64,000 bases of DNA from Polaromonas sp. (GCA_046598365.1 JBKJIV010000078.1:6493-70492), one strand, 5' to 3'. Numbered from the stretch's first letter, positions 48,074-59,652 are shown. Notes: generated from the letters alone by a model not told the origin. Numbers and translations: made by a program.

Positions 48074-49373
48074 TCTCCAAACCTCCCGTAACGCAGCCCT
48101 TTTCGAGCGCGCCAAAGCGCTTATTCCCGGCGGCGTCAATTCACCCGTTCGGGCTTTCAAGGCCGTAGGCGGCACACCGCGTTTTGTACAGCGGGCCCAG
48201 GGAGCGTACTTTTGGGACGCCGATGGCAAGCGTTACATCGACTACATAGGATCCTGGGGTCCGATGATCCTGGGGCATGGCCACCCTGACGTGGTCGAGG
48301 CAGTGCAGCAAGCGGTGCTGGAAGGCTTCTCTTACGGCGCACCGACCGAACGCGAAGTTGAGTTGGCCGAAGAAATTGTCCGGCTGTTGCCGTCGATCGA
48401 GATGCTCCGACTCGTCAGTTCTGGTACCGAAGCCGCCATGAGCGCGATCCGGCTGGCACGCGGCGCCACCGGACGCAGCAAGATCATCAAGTTTGAAGGC
48501 TGTTACCACGGGCATGCCGATGCACTCCTGGTCAAAGCCGGCTCGGGCTTGGCCACCTTCGGCAACCCCACCAGCGCTGGCGTGCCACCAGAGGTTGTGC
48601 AACACACGCTGGTGCTGGAGTACAACCACATCGCCCAGCTTGAAGAAGCGTTTGCCATCCATGGCAGCAGCACGGCTTGCCTGATGATCGAGCCGATTGC
48701 CGGCAACATGAACTTCGTGCGGGCCAGTGTGCCTTTCATGAAACGCTGCCGCGAACTGTGTACACAGTACGGTGTGCTGCTTGTTTTTGATGAAGTGATG
48801 ACCGGCTTTCGCGTCGCTCTGGGCGGCGCTCAAAGCGTCTACGCCAAAAGCATTCCCGGCTTCAAGCCTGACATGACGGTCTTGGGCAAAGTGATTGGCG
48901 GCGGGATGCCGCTGGCCGCTTTTGGCGGAACACGTGCCGTGATGGAGCAACTCGCCCCGCTGGGACCGGTCTACCAGGCCGGGACGCTGTCTGGCAACCC
49001 CGTAGCCACCGCCTGCGGCCTGGCTACCTTGCGACAACTGCAAAAACCAGGTTTTTATGAAGCGCTGGGTGAGCGTACACGCAGTCTGATCAGCGGTTTG
49101 AGCAAGGCCGCCGCAGACGCCGGCGTCACGTTCAGTGCCGACAGCGAAGGTGGCATGTTTGGATTTTTCCTGCTGAATCCTTTACCGCAGAACTACGCGA
49201 CAGTGATGACCACTGACGGGCCGTCCTTCAACCGATTCTTTCATGCAATGCTGGACAAAGGCGTGTATTACGCGCCCGCTTTGTACGAAGCAGGTTTTGT
49301 CAGTTCTGCGCACACTGTGGATGACATTGCGACGACGGTGAAGGCAGCGGCAGCGTTTTTTAATCGCGGTTGA
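48057..49373 (+). CDS. hemL: Glutamate-1-semialdehyde 2,1-aminomutase
   Basis: [44 protein letters not shown]. Confidence 0.96.
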   Translation: MAPNTDLQTSRNAALFERAKALIPGGVNSPVRAFKAVGGTPRFVQRAQGAYFWDADGKRYIDYIGSWGPMILGHGHPDVVEAVQQAVLEGFSYGAPTEREVELAEEIVRLLPSIEMLRLVSSGTEAAMSAIRLARGATGRSKIIKFEGCYHGHADALLVKAGSGLATFGNPTSAGVPPEVVQHTLVLEYNHIAQLEEAFAIHGSSTACLMIEPIAGNMNFVRASVPFMKRCRELCTQYGVLLVFDEVMTGFRVALGGAQSVYAKSIPGFKPDMTVLGKVIGGGMPLAAFGGTRAVMEQLAPLGPVYQAGTLSGNPVATACGLATLRQLQKPGFYEALGERTRSLISGLSKAAADAGVTFSADSEGGMFGFFLLNPLPQNYATVMTTDGPSFNRFFHAMLDKGVYYAPALYEAGFVSSAHTVDDIATTVKAAAAFFNRG

Positions 49374-49375
49374 GC

Positions 49376-50947
49376 TCAATGCCTGAAGTGCCGCACACCG
49401 CTTAACACCATCACCACACCGCGCTCATCGGCAGCAGCGATCACTTCGTCGTCGCGCATGCTGCCACCGGGCTGAATCACACAAGTCGCTCCCACATCAA
49501 CCACGACGTCCAGCCCGTCCCGGAAGGGAAAGAAGGCATCGCTCGCAACGACCGAGCCAGTCAACTCAAGCCCTGCATTAGCCGCCTTGATGGAGGCAAT
49601 GCGTGCCGAGTCGATGCGACTCATCTGGCCCGCGCCCACGCCCAATGTCATGCCACCGCCGCAGAAAACAATGGCGTTGGACTTGACATACTTGGCTACT
49701 TTCCAGGCAAACAGCAAATCCTGTAGCTGGGCTTCTGTCGGCTGCAACTTGCTCACCACCTTCAGGTCGGCCAAGGCAAGTTCGTGGTTGTCAGCGGTTT
49801 GCATCAAGAGGCCGGAGCCGACACGCTTGACGTCAATCAAGTTACGCCCCTGCTTCCAGGCGGTGTCGCCGCCAGGCGGCAAGTCGATCTGCAGGATACG
49901 TACATTGACCTTGGTCTTGAATACTTCCAGCGCTTCCGGTGTGAAAGCCGGGGCCATCAACACCTCGACAAACTGTTTTGCAATTTGCTGCGCGGCCGCC
50001 TCGTCCAGCGTGCAGTTCAGCGCAATGATGCCGCCAAAGGCCGAGGTGGGATCGGTCTTGAAAGCCTTGCTGTAAGCCTCCAGCGCGTTTGTTCCCATCG
50101 CCACACCACAGGGGTTGGCGTGTTTGACGATGACGCAGGACGGGCCCGTGAAACTCTTGACACATTCCCAGGCCGCATCGGCATCTGCAATGTTGTTGTA
50201 AGACAGCTCCTTGCCCTGTAGCTGTTTGGCGGTGACCAGCGATCCGGGGGCAGGGAAAAGGTCGCGGTACAACGCTGCCTGCTGATGCGAGTTTTCGCCA
50301 TAACGCAGGTCCTGCACTTTGACGAAGCGGCCATTGGCCTGACCCGGGAACATGCCGTGCGCACCGTCGGCCTGAATACCCGAAAGGTAATCGCTGATCG
50401 CGCCGTCGTACTGGCTGATGCGGTTGAATGCGGCTACCGACAGCGCGAACTTTGTCTTGTCTGTCAGCTTGCCACTGTTTTTGAGCTCTTCAAGCACTGC
50501 CGCGTACTGCGACGCATCAGTGAGCACACCCACATCTTTCCAGTTCTTGGCAGCCGAACGCACCATGGCCGGACCACCGATATCGATGTTCTCAATCGCG
50601 TCTTCCAATGTGCAGCCGGGTTTGGCGACGGTGGCTTCAAAGGGATAAAGGTTGACGATGAGCAAGTCGATGGTGTCGATGCCGTGGGACTTGAGCGCAG
50701 CCATATGCTCAGGCACTTCGCGGCGTGCCAGCAGGCCACCGTGCACATTCGGGTGCAGGGTTTTCACGCGGCCATCGAGCATTTCCGGAAATCCGGTCAG
50801 CGCAGCCACTTCGGTCACGGGCAGACTCTCGTCAGCAAGCAGTTTGGCGGTGCCGCCGGTCGAAATCAGCTTGATGCCCAGCGCGTGCAGCGCCCTCGCA
50901 AATTCGACAACGCCGGTTTTGTCGGAGACGGAAATCAGTGCGTTCAT
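49376..50947 (-). CDS. purH: AICAR transformylase/IMP cyclohydrolase
   Basis: [36 protein letters not shown]-terminal RHFRH. Confidence 0.97.
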   Translation of the reverse strand: MNALISVSDKTGVVEFARALHALGIKLISTGGTAKLLADESLPVTEVAALTGFPEMLDGRVKTLHPNVHGGLLARREVPEHMAALKSHGIDTIDLLIVNLYPFEATVAKPGCTLEDAIENIDIGGPAMVRSAAKNWKDVGVLTDASQYAAVLEELKNSGKLTDKTKFALSVAAFNRISQYDGAISDYLSGIQADGAHGMFPGQANGRFVKVQDLRYGENSHQQAALYRDLFPAPGSLVTAKQLQGKELSYNNIADADAAWECVKSFTGPSCVIVKHANPCGVAMGTNALEAYSKAFKTDPTSAFGGIIALNCTLDEAAAQQIAKQFVEVLMAPAFTPEALEVFKTKVNVRILQIDLPPGGDTAWKQGRNLIDVKRVGSGLLMQTADNHELALADLKVVSKLQPTEAQLQDLLFAWKVAKYVKSNAIVFCGGGMTLGVGAGQMSRIDSARIASIKAANAGLELTGSVVASDAFFPFRDGLDVVVDVGATCVIQPGGSMRDDEVIAAADERGVVMVLSGVRHFRH

Positions 50948-50995
50948 GGGTTTCTTGTATTTGTAAAAAGGGAACAGAGCCGCAGGTGAAGCGGA

Positions 50996-51232
50996 TCACT
51001 TGATCAGCTTGTGCTCGACCAGCTTCTTGCGCAGGGTATTGCGATTCAGACCCAGCCACTCGGCGGCGCGAGATTGATTGTGGTCGGCCTGCTGCATGAC
51101 CACCTCAAGCAACGGTTTTTCGACCACACGAACCATCATGTCGTACATGCCATCGGGCTCGGTGCCGCGCAAGTCCTTGAAGTAGCCTTCCAGGCTGGTC
51201 CGCACACACTCTTCTATATGTTTTTTGCTCAT
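50996..51232 (-). CDS. fis: Fis family DNA-binding protein
   Basis: NQSRAAEWLGLNRNTLRKKL; directly after dusB. Confidence 0.93.
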   Translation of the reverse strand: MSKKHIEECVRTSLEGYFKDLRGTEPDGMYDMMVRVVEKPLLEVVMQQADHNQSRAAEWLGLNRNTLRKKLVEHKLIK

Positions 51233-52278
51233 GCGAGCTCTCCCTCCGTCATCTTGTCTTGTAGTCGCCGGGCATCCATGCCAACCGGCATGCGGTCCAT
51301 GTGCGCGCCCAACGCATCAAAAAAATCGGCTACTGCCTGCCACTGCGTTTCGCAGTCTTCGATCAGATTCATGTGTCCCCGAAAATCTTCTCCGCCAGGC
51401 AGGGATTTCACATACCACCCAATATGCTTGCGTGCCGTCCGCACGCCCGTAAAGGCGCCATAAAGTTCATAGTGATCCAGCAAGTGATCAAGCAACACGC
51501 GTTTGACCTCGGCCACCAAGGGCGGAGCAAGATGCGTTCCAGTTGCCAGAAAATGTGCAACTTCACGAAAAATCCATGGCCTGCCTTGTGCGGCCCTGCC
51601 AATCATGACAGCGTCAGCACCGGTATAGGCCAGAACATCGCGGGCTTTTTCAGGGCTGGTGATGTCCCCATTGGCCACCACGGGGATGCGCACGGCCGCC
51701 TTGACAGCAGCGATGGTGTCGTACTCTGCATTCCCTTTGTAACCCTGTTCGCGGGTGCGGCCATGCACGCTCAACATTTGCACACCAACGGACTCAAACG
51801 CGCGGGCCAAGGTCACTGCGTTTTTATGTGATTCGGCCCAACCGGTGCGCATTTTCAGGGTAACCGGCACACCCCGCGGCGCGCAGACAGTCACCACGGC
51901 TTGGGCTATGGCCAAAGCCAGCGGTTCGTCCTGCATCAGAGCGGAGCCAGCCCACTTGTTGCACACCTTTTTGGCCGGACAACCCATGTTGATGTCAATG
52001 ATCTGGGCACCGCGGTCGATGTTGAAGGCGGCCGCTTCGGCCATCATCAGCGCATCTGTCCCGGCGATCTGCACCGCAATGGGCGCAACTTCACCGTCGT
52101 GGTTGGCGCGGCGCGATGTCTTGAGTGTGTCCCACAGGTCGCGGCGGGAAGTCACCATCTCACTGACGGCATAACCGGCGCCCAATGTTTTGCATAAACG
52201 CCGGAAGGGTCGGTCAGTGACGCCAGCCATCGGCGCGGCAAACAGATTGTTTGCCAAAACGTAGGGGCCGATGTTCAT
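51229..52278 (-). CDS. dusB: tRNA-dihydrouridine synthase B
   Basis: APMAGVTD, DINMGCP, VHGRTR, MIGR. Confidence 0.94.
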   Translation of the reverse strand: MNIGPYVLANNLFAAPMAGVTDRPFRRLCKTLGAGYAVSEMVTSRRDLWDTLKTSRRANHDGEVAPIAVQIAGTDALMMAEAAAFNIDRGAQIIDINMGCPAKKVCNKWAGSALMQDEPLALAIAQAVVTVCAPRGVPVTLKMRTGWAESHKNAVTLARAFESVGVQMLSVHGRTREQGYKGNAEYDTIAAVKAAVRIPVVANGDITSPEKARDVLAYTGADAVMIGRAAQGRPWIFREVAHFLATGTHLAPPLVAEVKRVLLDHLLDHYELYGAFTGVRTARKHIGWYVKSLPGGEDFRGHMNLIEDCETQWQAVADFFDALGAHMDRMPVGMDARRLQDKMTEGELA

Positions 52279-52414
52279 GGAATGCTGGTGATGAATGCTG
52301 AAAAACGAGGCACGATTGTAACTGCCTCAAATTTCAGCAATCGAAATTTGCACACGGATTTGCAAGCGCCTTCCCTACAGGCCATAAGGCGGGTGCTACC
52401 TATACTCGCCTCAG

Positions 52415-52906
52415 ATGGAAATATGGTTGCAAAAACTCATTGAAGCCTTGGCCCTGCCCGAGTTTGGGTTGAGCACGGTATTTGTAGTCTCTTTCATATC
52501 CGCCACCTTGCTGCCTCTGGGCTCCGAGCCTGTGGTCTTCGGCCTCGTCAAGCTCAATCCGGCCATGTTCTGGCCCGCCATATTGGTCGCCACCGCTGGC
52601 AACACACTGGGTGGCGCGCTGGATTGGTGGCTGGGCTACGGCGCACACAAGGTAGTTGACAAATACTCGCACTCATCACATCACGGACACGCCATTCGTT
52701 GGCTGGAAAAATTGGGGCCCAAAGCCTGCCTGCTGGCCTGGCTGCCTGCTGTCGGTGATCCACTGTGTGCAGTGGCCGGCTGGCTCAAATTTCCGTTCTG
52801 GCCCTGCGTTGTTTACATGGCGATCGGGAAATTTGCGCGTTACTTCATGATGACGGGCGTCCTGATCTGGGCTTTCCCAGGCGGTTTCAAATTTTTAGGC
52901 GGCTAA
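52415..52906 (+). CDS. YqaA/DedA family membrane protein
   Basis: SATLLPLGSE, GNTLG, WLPAVGDPL, GKFARY. Confidence 0.9.
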   Translation: MEIWLQKLIEALALPEFGLSTVFVVSFISATLLPLGSEPVVFGLVKLNPAMFWPAILVATAGNTLGGALDWWLGYGAHKVVDKYSHSSHHGHAIRWLEKLGPKACLLAWLPAVGDPLCAVAGWLKFPFWPCVVYMAIGKFARYFMMTGVLIWAFPGGFKFLGG

Positions 52907-52923
52907 CGGACGGCCGCCACGTT

Positions 52924-53670
52924 TTAAAACCGCTCAGTAGGCAGCAGGTAGCGCCACTGCCCAACTGGCAAGCTGCTCATGGGCACACGTCCGACGCGAA
53001 TGCGCTTCATGCCTTGCACGGTCAGCCCTACAGCTTCACACATATAGGCGATCTGTCCAGGCCGCTCGCCTTTCAGCGCGAAGCGCAAGCGCGTTTCGTT
53101 TTGCCAGCTCACCTTGGCTGGCGGCAACAGCGCACCGTTGAACGTGAAGCCATGCTCAATACGGTTCAACCGCGCCAGCCCACCGGCAACCAGGGCCCCA
53201 GTCACTTCGACGATGACCTCATGCTCCATCACCGATGCATCTTCACTGAGCTTGCGCGCGATGCGCCAGTCCTGCGTGAACACCACCAGTCCGCTGGCCG
53301 CGCTCGCCAGCGGCGTTGCCAGTGTTTGTCCGTTGAAATGTTTTTTGAGCGGCCGCAGATCCGCATTGTCGTCCTGGGAATGGTGTGGAACGTCCAGAAG
53401 CGACACAGCACTGGCTGCCGCGCCTGACGAACCCTGAAGCCCCGCCTCATAACCCGCAGGTTTGTGCAGGAGCAAGGTCACAGGCGCGAGCGCCAGCAGG
53501 CTGGCATTGGCATCGACCTCAATGGTTTGCGCCAGCACTCGAAACTGCGGCTCTTCCACCACCACACCGTCCACGCGCACCCAGCCACCTTCGATGTACT
53601 GCTCGGCCTCGCGGCGCGAACATGACAGCATTTCGGCCAGACGTTTGGCGAGGCGAACGGGTTCTGTCAT
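52924..53670 (-). CDS. S4-domain pseudouridine synthase-like protein (catalytic Asp absent)
   Basis: RLAKRLAE..CSRREAE S4 domain, LHKPAG, KRIRVGRV; ATPLASAASGL where GRLD is expected. Confidence 0.82.
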   Translation of the reverse strand: MTEPVRLAKRLAEMLSCSRREAEQYIEGGWVRVDGVVVEEPQFRVLAQTIEVDANASLLALAPVTLLLHKPAGYEAGLQGSSGAAASAVSLLDVPHHSQDDNADLRPLKKHFNGQTLATPLASAASGLVVFTQDWRIARKLSEDASVMEHEVIVEVTGALVAGGLARLNRIEHGFTFNGALLPPAKVSWQNETRLRFALKGERPGQIAYMCEAVGLTVQGMKRIRVGRVPMSSLPVGQWRYLLPTERF

Positions 53671-53789
53671 GGGATCTGCGCAGTCCGGTCAAGCGCCACC
53701 GCCGAACCGCCTCCGCCGGGCGACCGAAGGCGTACCCTGCAAGGGGAGAATGGCCCACACGCAGTGTGCCCAGGCAGGGGTGTATCCAT

Positions 53790-54881
53790 CTAGCTGCTGA
53801 ACAGGAAATTCATCACGTCGCCATCCTTGACGACATAGTCTTTGCCTTCGCTGCGCATCTTGCCGGCGTCTTTGGACCCCTGCTCGCCTTTGAACGCGAT
53901 GTAGTCGTCAAAGGCAATGGTCTGGGCACGGATGTAACCCTTCTCAAAATCGGTGTGGATCACGCCGGCCGCCTGCGGCCCGGTGTCGCCCACATGGATG
54001 GTCCAGGCCCGCACTTCCTTCACGCCTGCAGTGAAATACGTCTGCAGACCCAACAACTTGTAGGCGGCCATGATCAAACGATTCAGCCCCGGCTCGTCCT
54101 GTCCAATTTCAGCCAGAAACATTTTCTTGTCTTCTTCCTCCATGTCAGCCATTTCGGCTTCCATCTTGGCGCAGATGGCGACCACCGGCGCGTTTTGAGC
54201 GGCGGCATAAGCCTTCAGACGATCCAGGAAGGGGTTGTTCTCGAACCCATCTTCCGCCACGTTGGCTACAAACATGGCCGGTTTGGCCGTGATGAGAAAA
54301 AACTGCGCCAGCAGCGGCAGCTCTTCCTTGCTGAATTCCAGCGTGCGCACAGGCTTGGCTTCGTTCAGTGCCGCCTGGCACTTTTCCAGAATCGCCACCA
54401 GCTTGACCGACTCCTTGTCGCCAGAGCGCGCGGTCTTGGTCACGCGGTGCAGGGCTTTTTCGACCGCCGTCAAATCGGCCAGACACAGCTCGGTCTGGAT
54501 AACCTCGATGTCCGAGATGGGATCGACCTTGCCCGCGACGTGGATAACGTTGTCATCCTCAAAGCAGCGCACCACATTGACAGTGGCGTCGGTTTCGCGG
54601 ATGTGGGCCAGAAATTTGTTGCCCAGACCCTCCCCCGTGCTGGCACCCGCCACCAAGCCCGCGATGTCCACAAACTCGACGATTGCCGGCACGATACGCT
54701 CGGGCTTGACGATTTCGGCCAATTGCGTCAATCTCGCGTCAGGCAGTTCGACGACGCCAACATTCGGTTCAATGGTGCAAAACGGGTAGTTTTCCGCAGC
54801 AATCCCCGCTTTGGTCAATGCATTGAACAGGGTGGATTTTCCGACGTTGGGCAAGCCCACAATTCCGCACTTCAAACTCAT
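53790..54881 (-). CDS. ychF: Redox-regulated ATPase YchF
   Basis: [27 protein letters not shown]-domain end VKDGDV. Confidence 0.97.
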   Translation of the reverse strand: MSLKCGIVGLPNVGKSTLFNALTKAGIAAENYPFCTIEPNVGVVELPDARLTQLAEIVKPERIVPAIVEFVDIAGLVAGASTGEGLGNKFLAHIRETDATVNVVRCFEDDNVIHVAGKVDPISDIEVIQTELCLADLTAVEKALHRVTKTARSGDKESVKLVAILEKCQAALNEAKPVRTLEFSKEELPLLAQFFLITAKPAMFVANVAEDGFENNPFLDRLKAYAAAQNAPVVAICAKMEAEMADMEEEDKKMFLAEIGQDEPGLNRLIMAAYKLLGLQTYFTAGVKEVRAWTIHVGDTGPQAAGVIHTDFEKGYIRAQTIAFDDYIAFKGEQGSKDAGKMRSEGKDYVVKDGDVMNFLFSS

Positions 54882-54912
54882 GAGAAACCTTCAAAAACAG
54901 GCTGAGAAGTGT

Positions 54913-56715
54913 ATGCGATACGCCGCTGGTCATCTGGCAGCCCTGCTGTTGACCACGCTGCTGGCTCTATTGGCCGGCCCCGGTCGAGCCCAGCCGGTCG
55001 TGGTTCTGGACGACCAAAAACCGGTGATCAACCTGCAATCAAGCGGCCTGGTGTGGATGGATCCGCAGGGCGAAACCACGGTTGGGCAAATGGTCGCCGG
55101 CAAAGACCAGCCGACCATGAGCCCTGCAAAAGCTGACACCATTCACGCCCTGGGACCGCAACCCGCGCTGTGGCAGCACTATCGTTTCAGCAAACCAGCT
55201 GGCTCACGGCAAGACTGGTTGCTTGAGTTTCCCTTGCCCTTGCTTGATCGGGTCACCGTGTATCAAAAAACACAAGGGGACGGTTGGGAAGCACAGACCG
55301 CAGGTGATACCGTGGCCGTTTCCACGTGGCCCGAACCTGGTCGGTATGCGCAATTTCGCCTGCTTCTGCCGGATGACCGCGTGCATGACGTGTACGTTCG
55401 CATCCAGCACGTGACAAAGGTCAACATCCCGGTCAATGTCATCTCCGGTAGCGCACGAAGTCATCGGCTGCAAATCGAATACATGGTGATCGGAGTGGTG
55501 TTCGGCGCCCTGCTTTTGCTGATTGTGGCTGGCGCAGCACAAAGCTGGGTTTACCGCGACGCCGCTTATGGCTGGTACGCCGTGTACGCAGCCATCATGA
55601 CTTTGGTGGTTGCGACGACCAGTGGCATGGCCGGCCACTTGTTGTGGGCCAACTTTGCAGCATGGAACAACGCTGCCCAAGGGTTTTTGGGGCTGCTAGG
55701 AGGCAGCACAGCCTTACTCGTTATCCGCAGCCTGTGTGGACTTTCTGGTCGTTACCGGTGGTTTGACCTTGCGGCGTACGGGACGGGCCTCGCGGGCCCC
55801 GTCTTTGCGCTGATCTATCTCGCCATGGACCGCCAGTGGGGCGTACACCTGCTGGGCGCTTACCTGATGGCGGCTGTTGTTTTGGGAGTGGCGACTTCTT
55901 TTCTTGCGTGGTGGAAAAAAGACGTCGTAGGAGCCTGGGTGCTGGCTGGTTTTACGCCGCTTGCATTGGTCACAGTAGTACTGGTTGCAGGCATTTTCGG
56001 GTGGATACCCAGCTCCTGGCTCTCGCAGTACGCACTCATGCTGTCGCTGGGCATCGAAGTACCCATATTGCTCGTGGCGCTGAACATCCGGTCCCGCGAA
56101 AGGCATGGTATCCAGGCCCGAGAGCAAGCCATGTCCAGTCACGACGCGTTGACAGGGCTGCTGGCTCAGCATTTGTTCGACGACAGGCTCAATCAGGTGG
56201 TGTCCCGCGCCAAACGCTTCAAGGAACCTGCAGCGGTGCTCTACGTCGAGCTGGTCAACTACGGGTACGTCAAACGCACCTACGGTATCGCGGTGGCCGA
56301 GCAAAGCCTGCTGCGCAGCGTGATCAAGTTGCGCCGAATTTTGCGCGATGTCGACACCGTGGGACGGGTCGACGAAGCCCGCTTCGGGCTGATCATGGAG
56401 GGCGTTTCATCACGAGAGCCGGTCACCGAACTGGCTGCACGCCTGATTGCGGCCGGTCTGATGCCACTCAAAGGCCTTACTCCGGAAATTGTCCTGCAGT
56501 TCCACATTGCCTGCGTCGTTCTCACCGAGAGGCTTATGGAAGGGCCTGAACTCTCACAAGCACTGTCCGACGTGCTTACCGGCATGGCCGCGCGCACACG
56601 CAGACCCATCCGGTTTCTGGAGCCGGAGCTGACCCGGCCTATGCCACTGGAGGCCGACTCCATGCTGGAAGACAGCGACACCTACAGTGAACCCGGTCGC
56701 CAAACTTCCCCCTGA
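54913..56715 (+). CDS. 7TMR-DISM sensor with degenerate GGDEF domain
   Basis: Periplasmic DISMED2-like region (LLEFPLPLLDRVTVY), about 7 TM segments, HDALTGL, RDVD..GRVDEARF. Confidence 0.85.
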   Translation: MRYAAGHLAALLLTTLLALLAGPGRAQPVVVLDDQKPVINLQSSGLVWMDPQGETTVGQMVAGKDQPTMSPAKADTIHALGPQPALWQHYRFSKPAGSRQDWLLEFPLPLLDRVTVYQKTQGDGWEAQTAGDTVAVSTWPEPGRYAQFRLLLPDDRVHDVYVRIQHVTKVNIPVNVISGSARSHRLQIEYMVIGVVFGALLLLIVAGAAQSWVYRDAAYGWYAVYAAIMTLVVATTSGMAGHLLWANFAAWNNAAQGFLGLLGGSTALLVIRSLCGLSGRYRWFDLAAYGTGLAGPVFALIYLAMDRQWGVHLLGAYLMAAVVLGVATSFLAWWKKDVVGAWVLAGFTPLALVTVVLVAGIFGWIPSSWLSQYALMLSLGIEVPILLVALNIRSRERHGIQAREQAMSSHDALTGLLAQHLFDDRLNQVVSRAKRFKEPAAVLYVELVNYGYVKRTYGIAVAEQSLLRSVIKLRRILRDVDTVGRVDEARFGLIMEGVSSREPVTELAARLIAAGLMPLKGLTPEIVLQFHIACVVLTERLMEGPELSQALSDVLTGMAARTRRPIRFLEPELTRPMPLEADSMLEDSDTYSEPGRQTSP

Positions 56716-56729
56716 CCCAGCGCAAGCTC

Positions 56730-57635
56730 TCAAGCAAAACAAAAATTGCCTTTGATGGACTGCCCCACCTGAAGCAGGTGGTCCGTTCCCTGCAACACGA
56801 TGAGGTTCATGCCAAAAGTCAGAGCCCCATTCACTCGGGCATCCTGGCGGTAGGTTTGCAAGGTGTCGCCTACCTCCGGGCTGGCAATGGCGGTTAGCGG
56901 ATCAATGTTCGGAATCGGGCAACGCGCGCATGGCTTGACGAGTTTGAGTTGCACAGAGCCCTGCCCGGTGATGATTTCAAGCAGGTCCAGCCTGTCCTCG
57001 TCATGGGCTGTCAGGCCGCTACCCTCTAAATGGTTACCGATGACGATATTGGGTCGAAACCGCTCCATGCCCACGGGTGCGAAGCCCCTCGTTGCAAGCT
57101 TCTCGTTAAATCCGTCAAGGGAAGCCTGACTGATGACCAGCAACGGATAGCCGTCGCTGAACTGGTTAAGCGCTTCCACCTCACCGGTCCATTGGCGGCT
57201 GCTTGCTCTTTTATGCTCGGGATCAAAGCGCACCAGACGCACCCGGGCACCCAGAAAATCACTGAACCATTGCGCAGCAATCGGCCCCATGTCGTAGGCC
57301 TTGACGTCGTCGTCCCAGATGTGCACGCGCACCGGCTGCTCCACCTGATCCAGCGCAACGTGCAAAGCCAGCATGCCCGGAGCGCGCAGGACCATGTCAT
57401 GGTGTTTGAGCTGCGGCTGGATCAGCGCCATGCGCGGCAGCTCGCGCTGCGTGACAAAGACACCGCGCTCGTCCACCACCATCCAGGCTCGGTCAAATTC
57501 CAGCCCGGTCTCGATCAGCAAAGCCTCCTGTACCTGCACTCCGGCGCAAGATTTGACGGGGTAAACCCACAGACTGGCAATTGTGGCTGTCACGTCGGCT
57601 ATCGCGTCAGATGTTTCGATCAATGATTCAGTCAC
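56730..57635 (-). CDS. MOSC domain protein (YcbX/mARC-like)
   Basis: YPVKSC, FDRAWM, FSDGYP, RFRPNI, KPCARC. Confidence 0.9.
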   Translation of the reverse strand: MTESLIETSDAIADVTATIASLWVYPVKSCAGVQVQEALLIETGLEFDRAWMVVDERGVFVTQRELPRMALIQPQLKHHDMVLRAPGMLALHVALDQVEQPVRVHIWDDDVKAYDMGPIAAQWFSDFLGARVRLVRFDPEHKRASSRQWTGEVEALNQFSDGYPLLVISQASLDGFNEKLATRGFAPVGMERFRPNIVIGNHLEGSGLTAHDEDRLDLLEIITGQGSVQLKLVKPCARCPIPNIDPLTAIASPEVGDTLQTYRQDARVNGALTFGMNLIVLQGTDHLLQVGQSIKGNFCFA

Positions 57636-57707
57636 TTGTCAAATCCTTAAAAATTCGCGTCAAATCACGCCAGAAAGCAGATTTTGCACTGGCTTCTAGA
57701 ATGAGTC

Positions 57708-58862
57708 ATGTTCAAGCCCTTTGATGTCTGTATTCGCGGTAATGGCGTGGTGGGCCGCACGCTCGCCCTGCTCCTGGCCCGTGAGCGTTTGCGTGTTGCA
57801 CTGGTCGAGCGGCCCGTCTCTGCCGATACACCACCAGAGCGACCTCTGCAAGACGTTCGTGCCTACGCCCTGAACAGCGCATCCCGCCGCTTGCTCGAGT
57901 CACTCCGAGCGTGGCCCCAAGCCGCTTTTGCCACCCCGGTGCACGAAATGCGGGTTTGGGGCGACGATGGTGGCCGGCTCGATTTTTCTGCGCAGGCCAA
58001 TAGCGGCGCGGCTCTCGCCTGGATTGTTGATGTACCCGCGCTGGAGCAACAGATAGCGCAGGCCGTTCTTTATCAGCCCGAAATAGAAACAGTGCCAGAG
58101 CCGGTCAAGGCCGCGCTTCAGGTGGTCTGTGAAGGGCAAAAAAGCAGCAGCCGCAATGAATTTGGCGCGGTGTGGACCTCCAAACCGTATTTCCAGAAGG
58201 CCATTGCTGCGCGCCTGCAGAGCGACCAGGCCCACCGCGGTGTGGCCCGTCAGTGGTTTGGCAAGGGCGAAATACTCGCTCTTTTACCGATTTCCGGCGA
58301 GGGAGGGAACTCCGTGGCGCTGGTCTGGTCTGTCTCTGTAGAGCGCGCAGCCGTGCTGGAAAAGTTGTCGCCGGAAGAGTTTGCCGTGGCGGTACAAACC
58401 GCCTGCCATACGGATTCGATGGAAGTGGGCCGCTTGGAGTTGAGCAGCGGCCTTTCGAGCTGGCCCTTGACATTGTCCAGTGCCGAACGTTGGACAGGAC
58501 CGGGCTGGGCGCTGGCAGGTGATGCGGCGCATACAGTGCATCCGCTGGCGGGCCAGGGCTTGAATCTGGGTTTGGCGGACGCGACCGGACTGGCTGCCGT
58601 TATTCGCGAACGCGAATACTGGCGCGGTCTGGGGGACGAGAAGTTGCTGCGTCGTTATGAGCGTGCCCGCAAGGCCGATGTGGCGGCCATGGGCGCAGTG
58701 ACCGATGGATTACACGGGCTGTTTGCGCAAAACGATGTGCGCTGGCAGGTATTACGCAATTGGGGAATGAATGCTTTCGCGGGCAGCGGTCCTCTCAAAA
58801 CCTGGATCACCCGTCAGGCGATGGGTTTGCCGCCAAGCGGGCCACGGGAACTTGGTTCTTGA
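57708..58862 (+). CDS. UbiH/UbiF/UbiI-family FAD monooxygenase
   Basis: GNGVVG, RAYAL, GDAAHTVHPLAGQGLNLG. Confidence 0.88.
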   Translation: MFKPFDVCIRGNGVVGRTLALLLARERLRVALVERPVSADTPPERPLQDVRAYALNSASRRLLESLRAWPQAAFATPVHEMRVWGDDGGRLDFSAQANSGAALAWIVDVPALEQQIAQAVLYQPEIETVPEPVKAALQVVCEGQKSSSRNEFGAVWTSKPYFQKAIAARLQSDQAHRGVARQWFGKGEILALLPISGEGGNSVALVWSVSVERAAVLEKLSPEEFAVAVQTACHTDSMEVGRLELSSGLSSWPLTLSSAERWTGPGWALAGDAAHTVHPLAGQGLNLGLADATGLAAVIREREYWRGLGDEKLLRRYERARKADVAAMGAVTDGLHGLFAQNDVRWQVLRNWGMNAFAGSGPLKTWITRQAMGLPPSGPRELGS

Positions 58863-58932
58863 TGAGCCAGCGTTGACCGCAGCGCGAGAAGCATGAAGTG
58901 ACAGATTGCATTGCATTAGCCGGAAACAACAA

Positions 58933-59652
58933 ATGACATTATTCAAATCAATCGCAAACAGTGTGATTCTGACCTTGAGCCTCGGTGTTGTATGGGCCGA
59001 TGAAGCGGCGATTCGCAAGAATCTGCCCGAACGCATTCCCAGTCTGCCAATGATTGAGGAAGTTAGCAAAACACCCATGCCTGGTCTGTATGAGGTTCGT
59101 GTCAATGGCAACGAGATTTTCTACACAGACGGCGAAGGCCAGTACATGATCCAGGGCAATCTGTGGGACACCCGCCAACGCCGGGACCTGACAGAAGAGC
59201 GTGTTCAAAAACTCAACGCCGTCGCGTTTGATGCACTGCCGCTCAAGGACGCCTTCACCATCGTGCGCGGCAATGGCAAGCGAAAGCTGGCGGTATTTGA
59301 AGACCCCAATTGCGGCTATTGCAAACGTTTTGAGCGCGACATGCAAAAGGTCAACGACGTCACGGTGTACATGTTTCTTTATCCCATTCTCGGCCCTGAT
59401 TCGGTAGAAAAATCCAAAAACATCTGGTGCGCCAAAGACAAGGGCAAAGTCTGGCAAGACGTCATGGTGCGGGACCAGCCGGTGCTTACCGGCAATTGCG
59501 ACGCGAGCGCGTTAGCCCGGAACGTGGAGTTTGGCAAAAAATACCGAATCACCGGTACCCCAACCCTTATCTTTGCTGACGGCTCAAGGGTGCCGGGGGC
59601 CATCAGCGCCCAACAGGTCGAAAAACTTTTGAACGATGCCAAGGCACAGTAA
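58933..59652 (+). CDS. dsbC: Thiol:disulfide isomerase DsbC
   Basis: Signal peptide, TPMPGLYEV dimerisation region, DPNCGYCK, GTPT. Confidence 0.92.
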   Translation: MTLFKSIANSVILTLSLGVVWADEAAIRKNLPERIPSLPMIEEVSKTPMPGLYEVRVNGNEIFYTDGEGQYMIQGNLWDTRQRRDLTEERVQKLNAVAFDALPLKDAFTIVRGNGKRKLAVFEDPNCGYCKRFERDMQKVNDVTVYMFLYPILGPDSVEKSKNIWCAKDKGKVWQDVMVRDQPVLTGNCDASALARNVEFGKKYRITGTPTLIFADGSRVPGAISAQQVEKLLNDAKAQ

